Virus record (IMG/VR): IMGVR_UViG_3300045391_004554
Span: 1-64,000 of that record
DNA: 64,000 nucleotides
Source of the DNA: a virus
Direction: 5' to 3' (one strand)
The first letter of the stretch is position 1, and each line of letters starts with the position of its first letter. A program made the position numbers and the translations under genes. The notes beneath the pieces are model-generated. The model was not told where the DNA came from, searched no databases, and worked only from the letters and a program-made list of their open reading frames with translations. Below, in pieces: positions 9,118 through 17,855 of this stretch.

Positions 9118-9327
9118 ATGAAATCCTTTCTTATAACAGCTTCTAAATACATTTTCTTACTAATGGTTTGGAGTGGAATAATGGTAGTAGCATGCAGCAT
9201 CGGACACCTGTTCGTGCTTGTGTGGGAAACCACGAGCGACAAAGGTTTTTTATGGCTCGGGGCTGGCTCTTTGGCATTTATATTATTAATATGCCTATTA
9301 TTTACAAAGGTGTTCGATGATGAATAA
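9118..9327 (+). CDS. Two-TM membrane protein
   Basis: Two hydrophobic segments. Confidence 0.7.
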   Translation: MKSFLITASKYIFLLMVWSGIMVVACSIGHLFVLVWETTSDKGFLWLGAGSLAFILLICLLFTKVFDDE

Positions 9328-9390
9328 CTCCGTGCATGGAGTATAAAAATTGATTAGGGTGCACGCGTCCGGCTATATGCCGGGGTTCAG
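9327..9390 (+). ncRNA. Pistol ribozyme 6
   Basis: P1 ACUCC/GGAGU, pseudoknot GUGCAU/GUGCAC (one G-U), AUAAAAA, P2 UUGA/UCAG, GCGU, P3 CCGGC/GCCGG, G-GU. Confidence 0.92.
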
Positions 9391-9405
9391 TAAAATCAAA
9401 AAAAA

Positions 9406-9912
9406 ATGGAAACCAAAAATCAAAAATCTCCGGCTATTCAGATTTTAGAAGCAATTTGGATAGCAACCCCTTATCCATCTCACCAACACGTTAACAGAAC
9501 CATGCAGTCCGCTCTCTCGCTGGTTATTTCGTCAGGAATTAATTTTCATATTGATGACTTTGAATATATTCATAAGACTTTTCGCCCTGGCTATTGGATG
9601 GGCAGATCAAGCAACGGCCATCATTTAGGAGAGCATTATTACGCGGAGGCATGCAATAGTAATCCGTCATGCGTAGCAGCTTGGGAGCATTATTACAAAC
9701 GTCAGGGTTTTATACTAGACGGCAAGAGAATGTACTGCAACAGTAGGTTTTTATATGACGGCCTTGGCTGCACCATAACAGGCTGGAGTGAAGATAATCA
9801 GCGTTTGACCGCTGTAGGTTACTCAGGTAGTTTTGACAAGGGCAAACGAACGCTTTTAAGCTTTGATAAAAACACCTGGTTGGCCGAACGTAAAACTATT
9901 AAACTCGTATAA
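9406..9912 (+). CDS. Hypothetical early protein
   Basis: ORF after pistol 6. Confidence 0.85.
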   Translation: METKNQKSPAIQILEAIWIATPYPSHQHVNRTMQSALSLVISSGINFHIDDFEYIHKTFRPGYWMGRSSNGHHLGEHYYAEACNSNPSCVAAWEHYYKRQGFILDGKRMYCNSRFLYDGLGCTITGWSEDNQRLTAVGYSGSFDKGKRTLLSFDKNTWLAERKTIKLV

Positions 9913-9914
9913 CA

Positions 9915-10109
9915 ATGGCAGACTTTTATTTACTATCTCAAACAGCAACCGGCCACAAAAAGATAAGCTTGGTTAAATTTATTCGGGCAGCTTGTGGCAA
10001 GATCAAAGTTAAACACACGCACCAATTGCATGAGTATTGCGCCTGTTGTGATGCTATTACTCCTACTTATAGACAAGAATGTTGTGTATGTGGAACGTAT
10101 AAAGATTAG
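9915..10109 (+). CDS. Small zinc-finger protein
   Basis: CACC...CCVC. Confidence 0.7.
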   Translation: MADFYLLSQTATGHKKISLVKFIRAACGKIKVKHTHQLHEYCACCDAITPTYRQECCVCGTYKD

Positions 10110-10161
10110 TTCTGTAGCTTGGAGATCAATATCATCTATATATACATAACCTTTCACGAAA

Positions 10162-10365
10162 ATGAAATTACACTTTAAAGTAACATTCAGGCAAATATAT
10201 TGGTTTGCGGCATTCCTCTTTAGCACCATCCTTATTGGTGCCCAGGACTGCATATCTTACCTTACTACCGGAGCACTGGTTTTCTGTATTGCGAAAACCT
10301 ACTGCTTTATGTTCCTGTCTTCTTATGTGCTTTGGAAAGCGTATAAGATATTTCAAAAAGATTGA
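10162..10365 (+). CDS. Small membrane protein
   Basis: Hydrophobic ORF preceded by a TATACAT box. Confidence 0.6.
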   Translation: MKLHFKVTFRQIYWFAAFLFSTILIGAQDCISYLTTGALVFCIAKTYCFMFLSSYVLWKAYKIFQKD

Positions 10366-10409
10366 TGCAGCGAATTGACTGTTTCGCTCATCATGGTTTG
10401 ATTACTGAG

Positions 10410-10442
10410 GGCGTCGGGTTGTGATTTTCCCGGCGCTTTTTT
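10410..10442 (+). terminator. Intrinsic terminator ending the ribozyme-containing early unit
   Basis: GCGTCGGG/CCCGGCGC stem plus T6. Confidence 0.85.
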
Positions 10443-10476
10443 GTTTTCTTAAGTACATATACATAACTTTAAAAAT

Positions 10477-10671
10477 ATGCAGCTATCAACAGCCTTAATA
10501 GAACATGACGTTAAAATCTGCATTAACCCAGATTGTGGGCTTGTGGTTCTTAATCGCAATTGACATGAAACACATTGCCTAACATGCGATAGCGGTTTGG
10601 TAAAAATTAACCCCAAGCAATTCAGAAAGAAATTTTTAAACAATAAACAAATCATATACTTACAATTATGA
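10477..10671 (+). pseudogene. Zinc-ribbon ORF with in-frame TGA at 10561-10563
   Basis: MQLSTALIEHDVKICINPDCGLVVLNRN*HETHCLTCDSGLVKINPKQFRKKFLNNKQIIYLQL*, ending in an ATGA overlap with the next gene. Confidence 0.6.
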
Positions 10672-10934
10672 AAACTCTAAATCGCTTTTTACTACTCGTT
10701 GCAGTAGTATTCCTTTTTGTAGCAGCGTACTATGCGCCAGCTCTTAAACCATTACCTGAATATAAGCTCACAGTTATTAAAACTACGGTTGCTGAAAATG
10801 GGCTTATTTCGGTTCAATTTACAGACGGCGTGGATACCGCAGCGTATGACTATCTTACTCAACATGAGTATGATCAGTTCCTTAAACATAACAATCCTTA
10901 CTACGACAAAGAACCGCACCTGCCAGGCTTTTAA
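10668..10934 (+). CDS. Membrane-anchored/secreted hypothetical protein
   Basis: N-terminal signal/TM segment. Confidence 0.75.
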   Translation: MKTLNRFLLLVAVVFLFVAAYYAPALKPLPEYKLTVIKTTVAENGLISVQFTDGVDTAAYDYLTQHEYDQFLKHNNPYYDKEPHLPGF

Positions 10935-10966
10935 CTTAATTTCTTAATTTACAAATAACCCTCACC

Positions 10967-11350
10967 ATGAAAAGATTACTTTTAATCTCAGCCCTGTTAA
11001 CCATTTTTACCTCCTGCCACAAAGAGCATAACGAGGAAATTCCAATCATTCCCGGCCAGTCCTACAACATTAAGGCTGACCACTACATTTTTAATAAGGG
11101 TGCATTCCAGCCTCTTTCACCTGCTTTAGTCACCGACCTGTTTATAAGTCCTTCCGGCACGCCATACGCTCATATTATGGCTGCAGTTAACTGGAATGAT
11201 TTTGCGCTAAAATCGGGTAATGGAGTAGCTGAACAAACCGTCCAGGGAAATAAACTTACTATGGCCAGTTTTCCAGCACAAGGTCTTGAGATTGGAGATC
11301 ACAAAATTATTGAATGGAGCATCCCGCAGTGGGATCTGACAGACCGGTAA
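10967..11350 (+). CDS. Lipoprotein
   Basis: MKRLLLISALLTIFTS-C lipobox. Confidence 0.8.
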   Translation: MKRLLLISALLTIFTSCHKEHNEEIPIIPGQSYNIKADHYIFNKGAFQPLSPALVTDLFISPSGTPYAHIMAAVNWNDFALKSGNGVAEQTVQGNKLTMASFPAQGLEIGDHKIIEWSIPQWDLTDR

Positions 11351-11455
11351 TGAAAACCATTTACTGCATCCTTCTTATTGCAGCTCTTATCATAGTGATA
11401 TGGACTGCTAACTTCTTTATAGATTTATGTTTAACCTCATTTAAATAGCCCGCTC

Positions 11456-11827
11456 ATGATAAAATATGAAGAGTTGAAGCTTAATAATTCGGTGATATCC
11501 AAAAAACACAAAGGGCTTATTACGGAGATACGTGACTTACACCCAGACTCATTGGGGCTTTGGGCTAATCCTTTGGCAATTTATAAATACAAGGACATTG
11601 ACCCGATCCCCTTAACTGACGATTGGCTGTTGAGATTTGGCTTTGTTCAAAATCCAGACTGGACTATACGCTGGGGCGATCATAGTCGGTTCACATTAGA
11701 TGATGAGTTTCGCTTCCATGTTGATAGAGGAGCTGGTGCAGTCAGGATTGCCTGGAATGTAGAACATGTCCACACCTTGCAAAACTTATTTTATTCATTA
11801 ACAGGAATTTTCCTAGAACGCAATTAA
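11456..11827 (+). CDS. Bacteroidota-phage family protein (paralog of 15317-15724)
   Basis: PIPLT..WL..FGF and VH.LQNL.Y.L.G motifs. Confidence 0.8.
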   Translation: MIKYEELKLNNSVISKKHKGLITEIRDLHPDSLGLWANPLAIYKYKDIDPIPLTDDWLLRFGFVQNPDWTIRWGDHSRFTLDDEFRFHVDRGAGAVRIAWNVEHVHTLQNLFYSLTGIFLERN

Positions 11828-11984
11828 AACCAAAACATCATGTACAACCAGATCAACGTAGACCGTTCAGTATTCAGAAAAGATAAGCTGGACCAAAACA
11901 AGCTTAAAGTAGCAAAGCGCCGCTTTAACCAATCCCCTGAAGCAAAAGAAAAAATTGTCACACTTTTTAAATTTCAGAAACGAT

Positions 11985-12245
11985 ATGGATCGTAACCAGG
12001 TTCTCCAAACCGACACGGAGTTTAATACTTCGCCAGATGCAGGACACCCGGATTGCATCTGCAGTCGCTGCGGCCTTAAAATAGGGCACCGGGAACTACC
12101 TCTCAGGATATTTACCGGAAAGAAACGCAACACAGAATTTCGCTATTGCCGGGAATGCGCCAGTAAAGATTTTAAAATTGATACTGGCCTCAGCGAAGAT
12201 AGCTTCCCAGACGACGATGACGACGATTTTTTTGATGATTATTAA
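11985..12245 (+). CDS. Zinc-finger protein with acidic tail (start revised)
   Basis: CSRC...CREC, poly-D C-terminus. Confidence 0.7.
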   Translation: MDRNQVLQTDTEFNTSPDAGHPDCICSRCGLKIGHRELPLRIFTGKKRNTEFRYCRECASKDFKIDTGLSEDSFPDDDDDDFFDDY

Positions 12246-12387
12246 CCATGAACCGTCACTTCCGAATTCCCCCAGAGCACCAGGTGTTTTGGGAAGAGAT
12301 CAAGAAAGCCGCTAAGATTTATTTCGTAGCCTTATTACTTGGTTTAACCGCTCTCAGTATCATAATTTACTTTATTGATAAATACTA

Positions 12388-13068
12388 ATGGAAAAGCAAA
12401 TTGAATTGAAGTTTCTGTATGTTAAAGCTTCCGTAAGAGTTTGGGGAAAACCCTGGAACTATAGTGCCCAGATACGTTTCCCATACGCTTATATGGAGCC
12501 GGTATTTAATAATTACAGATTAGACGATGTATTTACCCCAACAATTGAAAAAGCTCTTGAAACGGCTGTATCAGTGTTTAAAGGCAAATACCGTTTCCTG
12601 GACAAAGTACCACGTCAGATCCATCAATTCAATTTCTTTGTTCATAAAGCCAAATTCCAGAAGCTTACTCACCGGGTTATTAATGGCCAACGATTTACCT
12701 TCTTGAATAGTGACTACGTATATGCCATCTCAGAAAATGTAGATGGTAAGAAATATCCTAAATCTCAGTTTGCCAGATATAACGAACTGGATATCATAAG
12801 AGCACTCATGCTCATCAACTATAAAGACATCTTTCAACCTATGCATGATGCAGGATTTACCTTTAAACTAATATCACGCGTCATTGCAAAGAATAACATT
12901 ACCCCTGTTAAAAAATTAAGATTGTTTGTTGATCACACTAACTATATTATTAATCCTGATCAGCTGCTCTATAACTATATCCGTTTACCTGGACAAGAAG
13001 AGCTCTTACAACAACTTGTCTACCGGCATAAGATCATTACTGATTTGAAAAAGCCTAACATTCCGTAA
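12388..13068 (+). CDS. Hypothetical protein
   Basis: 226-aa ORF. Confidence 0.8.
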   Translation: MEKQIELKFLYVKASVRVWGKPWNYSAQIRFPYAYMEPVFNNYRLDDVFTPTIEKALETAVSVFKGKYRFLDKVPRQIHQFNFFVHKAKFQKLTHRVINGQRFTFLNSDYVYAISENVDGKKYPKSQFARYNELDIIRALMLINYKDIFQPMHDAGFTFKLISRVIAKNNITPVKKLRLFVDHTNYIINPDQLLYNYIRLPGQEELLQQLVYRHKIITDLKKPNIP

Positions 13069-13164
13069 AATATTTTACACTTTTGGGCGGCACTCATCTA
13101 CATATACATAATATTTTATAAAATAATTTTAATTTCTTACAATAAACTTTAACTTTGATTTCTC

Positions 13165-13539
13165 ATGGAAGATAATAAACCACTAACCGTAACTGAATTC
13201 GCTTGTATAAAAAACGTGCCTGAAGAAGCCATACTTGATGCTATAAGAGATGGGCGTATCATTCCTATGGAATTGAACAACTCTGATATCTCGCTGGCAA
13301 CAATACATCCAGCCTACATTGATAGCTTTAAGATCGAGTTAATTGGGGTTTATGAATACAGAACCCGGAAGGATGTAACCTATAAATCCGTCTACAATAA
13401 GATTGATAACGGGCAGATAAAATACTACCTGGATCCAACTACTAACTCCATGAAGATCGACTGGGTGCAATATGCCGATGTGCAATTCCGCAAGTTTGCA
13501 ATGAAGCATCGTGGTAAAAACAAAACTATTGTCAATTAA
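13165..13539 (+). CDS. Tandem winged-HTH (Xis/MerR-like) DNA-binding protein
   Basis: Two repeats: LTVTEFA...AIRDGRI and IGVYEYR...KIDNGQI; own TAACTTTG -7 box at 13150-13157. Confidence 0.6.
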   Translation: MEDNKPLTVTEFACIKNVPEEAILDAIRDGRIIPMELNNSDISLATIHPAYIDSFKIELIGVYEYRTRKDVTYKSVYNKIDNGQIKYYLDPTTNSMKIDWVQYADVQFRKFAMKHRGKNKTIVN

Positions 13540-13778
13540 CTAAATCCAGGTAGTAAACCCATAAAATAGATAAAAGACAAAAACATTATGAAAACTACAA
13601 TCAGTATCCTATTAAAACAAGCGCCTCAAATGAAGAAAGCGATTTATAATTGTGGTTATACGGTTGATTATACTACTAAAACAGTTGGTAGTTTGGTGTA
13701 TTTTGAATTCGAATATTTGGAATCACACATAGCTTTTGAGATAGGAAAAGAACTCGGATTGTTGTTGTAAAAGACAAT

Positions 13779-14040
13779 GAGCATGGTGGCGGAAACGCCA
13801 ATCCTTACAGAATCGGAGACTTCCCGATATAGTACGTGATAATCTAATGGCAACACAATTACCATGCTCTAACTTAAAACTCAGAGTGCCCTCAAGAGTA
13901 TAACAAAAGGTGATTGCATCGAATAGATGCATTATGATAGGTTACAATAGTGATTAAATCGGAGAGAGCCTATCGCAGTTTTACGGTGTTCTGAAATAAC
14001 CGTGTTTTCCACCCCATCATACGCGGTAGATGGGCTTTTG
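13779..14040 (+). ncRNA. Candidate structured intergenic RNA(s)
   Basis: 9-bp closing stem 13779-13787/13861-13869 with internal hairpins; second multibranch element closed by CAAAAG/CTTTTG. Confidence 0.45.
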
Positions 14041-14062
14041 TAGGTGAAAAAAAGATTGAATT

Positions 14063-14704
14063 ATGAACAGAGAAATAAAGTTTCGAGGATTAGACCAAAA
14101 AGGCAAATGGCATTTCGGAGATTGGGTATGTGACCCAAATGGATGTAAAATATATTATACAATCGATATCCCGCCTTGTATGTCTGATCCCGGAGGTGAT
14201 ACAAGATTTGAACGTATAGAGGTCGATTTTAAATCAGTTGGGCAATACACTAGCCTAAAGGACAGTAAAGGGGTTGAAATTTATGAAGGGGATATTATAA
14301 GATTCAGGGAACCATACCGATCACATCAAACCCACGTTGGCAATAATATTCCTAATGGAGCTTATACTGAGCCCATGGAAGCTTTGATAAGGACTATTGA
14401 AACAGAGGTATTTTTTAAAGACGGCTGCTTCACTATCGAATTTGAAAGAAATGATGACGATGGGTATCCAAATCATGAGATAACATGGCCAATTACTTGG
14501 TCTATACCTCAATATGATGAAGACGCCATAAAGTCGCTGATTGCTATAAATAAACCGGGATATGATATATGGGATGATCCGGAAGAAGGGGATTTGCAAT
14601 GGCTTTTAGAGAACTACAATCTTAAAGACCTAAAAGAATTGATTGAATATTGCAATTGTTTTGAAGTTATTGGCAACGTGCACCAAAACCCTGAATTAAT
14701 CTAA
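14063..14704 (+). CDS. YopX-family protein
   Basis: REIKFRG, VGQYT.LKD..G.EIYEGDI, EVIGNVHQNPEL. Confidence 0.92.
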   Translation: MNREIKFRGLDQKGKWHFGDWVCDPNGCKIYYTIDIPPCMSDPGGDTRFERIEVDFKSVGQYTSLKDSKGVEIYEGDIIRFREPYRSHQTHVGNNIPNGAYTEPMEALIRTIETEVFFKDGCFTIEFERNDDDGYPNHEITWPITWSIPQYDEDAIKSLIAINKPGYDIWDDPEEGDLQWLLENYNLKDLKELIEYCNCFEVIGNVHQNPELI

Positions 14705-15025
14705 CTCCCCTTTTATCAGGTAGGGGTAGAAAGGGAAGAAGAAAAATAAAAAAGATTATGAAATGCACAATTATCACAAGACGTCGAGGAATAAAGCTAA
14801 CAATGGCTGAAATATGCGTTAGGTATGTCGAGAGTGAGGAATATGCATTAAGGGCTTACCCGCAAATAAGAGGATATGAACGGTGGGAATTTAAAGACAA
14901 ACTGGAGGTTAGATATTATTCTCCTGCTGCTGTAAAATGGTATAATCAACGTAAAGCGATGGATTCATTTAAAACAATTTATTTAACCGATTAACCCCCT
15001 GTCTTGGGATAGAAGAAAAAAGATT

Positions 15026-15274
15026 ATGAAAGTACATGAATTAAAAACAGTTCAGCCATTTTTTAATCAGGTAAAGAACGGGACTAAGCGGTTTGAATTG
15101 CGCAAGAATGACCGGGACTTTATGGTTAATGATATATTGGTATTAAAAGAGTATAATTCGCTCACTAAGGTATTCGTTGGCGATCATGTCGCTGTCAGGG
15201 TCATAGGCATTCTCGATCAATTCGTCGGTCTTAAAGACGGCTATTGCATTTTATCAATCAGTGACCCTATTTAA
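15026..15274 (+). CDS. DUF3850/ASCH-like (PUA) domain protein
   Basis: HELK...FF..V..G.K.FELRKNDRDF...D.L.LKEY...GYCILS. Confidence 0.88.
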   Translation: MKVHELKTVQPFFNQVKNGTKRFELRKNDRDFMVNDILVLKEYNSLTKVFVGDHVAVRVIGILDQFVGLKDGYCILSISDPI

Positions 15275-15316
15275 ATAACTATCAACGGATGTACACTTTA
15301 TTAAACAGGAAGGAAG

Positions 15317-15724
15317 ATGATAAACAAAAATGAATTGCGCTACGGCAATTGGGTTACTTGCTACGGCAACACGTTTCAGGTAGGCGTTATTGATGAAACA
15401 TATATCGAATGGTTAGGAAAAGATGAAGGCGGATTTGCGTATAAAGATTTACAGCCCATCCCATTGGCACCCGAAATATTGGAGAAATCGGGATTTAAAT
15501 TTGGAGTCAATGAAAACGGGACTTATTATGTAGACCTTAATGGAATAGATCAGCAACTTGAAATAGTATTGTCAGGAGATGGGTTCTACCCTCAATTAGT
15601 ACAGGCACCGGAATTAAGTTGCGAGGACTGCCAAGTTATTCCATTAAACAAAATAGATGCCGTTCACCAGCTCCAAAACCTCTACTACGCGCTTTGTGGT
15701 AGCGAACTAACAATAAATATTTGA
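15317..15724 (+). CDS. Bacteroidota-phage family protein (paralog of 11456-11827)
   Basis: ELRYGN, PIPL.PEILEK.GF, VHQLQNLYYALCG. Confidence 0.82.
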   Translation: MINKNELRYGNWVTCYGNTFQVGVIDETYIEWLGKDEGGFAYKDLQPIPLAPEILEKSGFKFGVNENGTYYVDLNGIDQQLEIVLSGDGFYPQLVQAPELSCEDCQVIPLNKIDAVHQLQNLYYALCGSELTINI

Positions 15725-16883
15725 AAAGATGGAAAAATTTAAACTACCAAAAAGTTTTGCCGAAAAATTTGTCATTGCCTTAAGAGATAAATCTAATAAA
15801 GATTTCACACCTAAGGTGGTCGCAAATAAGATCGATAAAAAAATTTCGTCTGAATTTTTACATGGGCATAATGGTATGTACCCTCCGATGCTACATAAAT
15901 TTTTAGAGAATGGCAATTATGGCGTTGCGAATTGGATTGAGCAATACATTGATTTTATTTAACCCTCTAATTACTATAAGATAATGAAAACAAAATTTAC
16001 ACCGGGACCGTGGGAATTTAAAAAAGGCACATCAGAAAAATTCAGCAAAGTTATAATTGGCGGAAAAGAGATTTGTTTTGATATGTTTTCTAAATACTCT
16101 CAAGAAAAATCCAACGCCAAACTAATAGCCGCGAGTCCGACAATGTTTGCAGAATTAGAAAGGCTGTATGAAAAATACGGTGAACAGAAAACTTTGGACA
16201 TTTTAAAATCGGCACTATGAAAGAGCAGAAAAGATGAAAACAGAAGTTAACGGACTGGAAATTAAAATTACTGCTGATAATAAAACAGAAGTATATGATA
16301 TTCTAAAAGCTCTATGTCAAGTTGAGTCAGCTGAATTACATGATCTGTTTAAAGTTGCCGTTCAAACAGCCATAACCCCCACACATTCATACATTAAAGT
16401 AATAGATAAAGATTATGAAAAATAGAATACTTACAAACCGAGAAATTATGAGAATGCCAGAAGGCACTAAAATCCGGGTTAAATCTGATGTTGACTGCCA
16501 TCCAAAATATAAAGAAGGTGGCATACTCTCATTTGACGACGATTTTGAAAGCGGAGAAAAGCCATTTGGTATAAGTATACAGGGTTTCGGTTATTGCAAT
16601 TCATTTAAAGCCGCAGATTATGAACTTATTTAACAACATACACAAAATGATTTACCAAATTTACCCGAATCATGAAACCAACCCCAATATACCAAGACCA
16701 TACAGCCCGAAAACAGAAACCATTTCAAAGAGTATCTAAGTATGACGCGGAAATTATTCTTGAGAAGCTAATCAACAGCTATAAAGACCCTTGTCAAAAT
16801 GCATTGGCTTATGTTGAGGATTACGCAGGTGGTTCTCAGGAATTTATAAACAGAAGTGTTGTTGAGCAATTAATCGAAAAGTT

Positions 16884-17855
16884 ATGCAGATAGTTCCCAT
16901 TTTTAAAGACCATACAGGCGGGTGGAGACCCGAAAACCCTATTAATTTAATCAGTGGTATTCCTATTTGTATTGCTCCAGATGATGAACGTATCGCTTTG
17001 GCTAAGCAACAGCGAAAATACGACGAGTTCGAGCAATCCATAACCTACCACGACTTTCCAAACGAGCCAATCACCAAACCCGGTGAAGTAGTTATGGCTT
17101 ATTTGCAGTGGCAGTATAAAGCGTCTTTTGAAACTGAGTGGCGCAATTTAGAAGGAGAGCTATTTAGTGAAGCCATCAAAAAAGATAATTATCCAACCCG
17201 CCAAATCTGGATATTATCCCCCTCACCAGAAGCAAGCCGGGGTAATGATGTTAGGGGGAAGGAAAACCCCGAAAAAACTAAATATTCCATGAATGATCTT
17301 GATATTATTCACCACCATAGAAAAAATTTGGTTTTTATAAATCAAGATTCAGATCATATTTTAATGAATATTAGAGAATGGAATAAGATGATAGAATTAC
17401 CTATTGGTAAAAAACAACAGCCCCAGTCAGACCACATTACCGATACTGGGGTGAGTGCTGAGCAAGTGTTAAGGCTATATCCAACTCATTCAAGCGAATA
17501 CGGAAAGCATTATGAAAAGGATGAAGTTCTTGAAGCTATGGAACAATACGCCACCCTAAAAGCCCAATCAGTCCTACAGGACAAGGAACAACAAATAAAC
17601 GATTTGATAAGTCTCAACGATCAGATGACAGAAACATATAGTAATCAATTAGCTGACAAGGATAAGGAGATAGCGGAGTTGAAAAGTGGATTAGCTAAAG
17701 CATTGGGATTATTGTGGAATATTCGTCACGAAACTGATTATATGCCTGATATGTATTATGAATGGATTGATAAAATAATTCATGAGACCGATGAACTAAA
17801 CGCTTTTCCAGGCGATTCAGACAATCAATTTACACCTAAAAACAATATATCATGA
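16884..17855 (+). CDS. Mosaic hypothetical protein with coiled coil
   Basis: 323-aa ORF, EAMEQYA motif, heptad C-terminal half. Confidence 0.8.
   Translation: MQIVPIFKDHTGGWRPENPINLISGIPICIAPDDERIALAKQQRKYDEFEQSITYHDFPNEPITKPGEVVMAYLQWQYKASFETEWRNLEGELFSEAIKKDNYPTRQIWILSPSPEASRGNDVRGKENPEKTKYSMNDLDIIHHHRKNLVFINQDSDHILMNIREWNKMIELPIGKKQQPQSDHITDTGVSAEQVLRLYPTHSSEYGKHYEKDEVLEAMEQYATLKAQSVLQDKEQQINDLISLNDQMTETYSNQLADKDKEIAELKSGLAKALGLLWNIRHETDYMPDMYYEWIDKIIHETDELNAFPGDSDNQFTPKNNIS

Noticed and set aside
3471-9390. Repeated intergenic elements as CRISPR repeats, attC sites or terminators
   Set aside because: Spacing is gene-scale, conservation is structural with a pseudoknot, and there are no U-tracts; the pistol consensus explains them
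13779-13869. Bona fide tRNA gene
   Set aside because: No TTC T-loop or canonical anticodon arm; kept only as a structured RNA candidate
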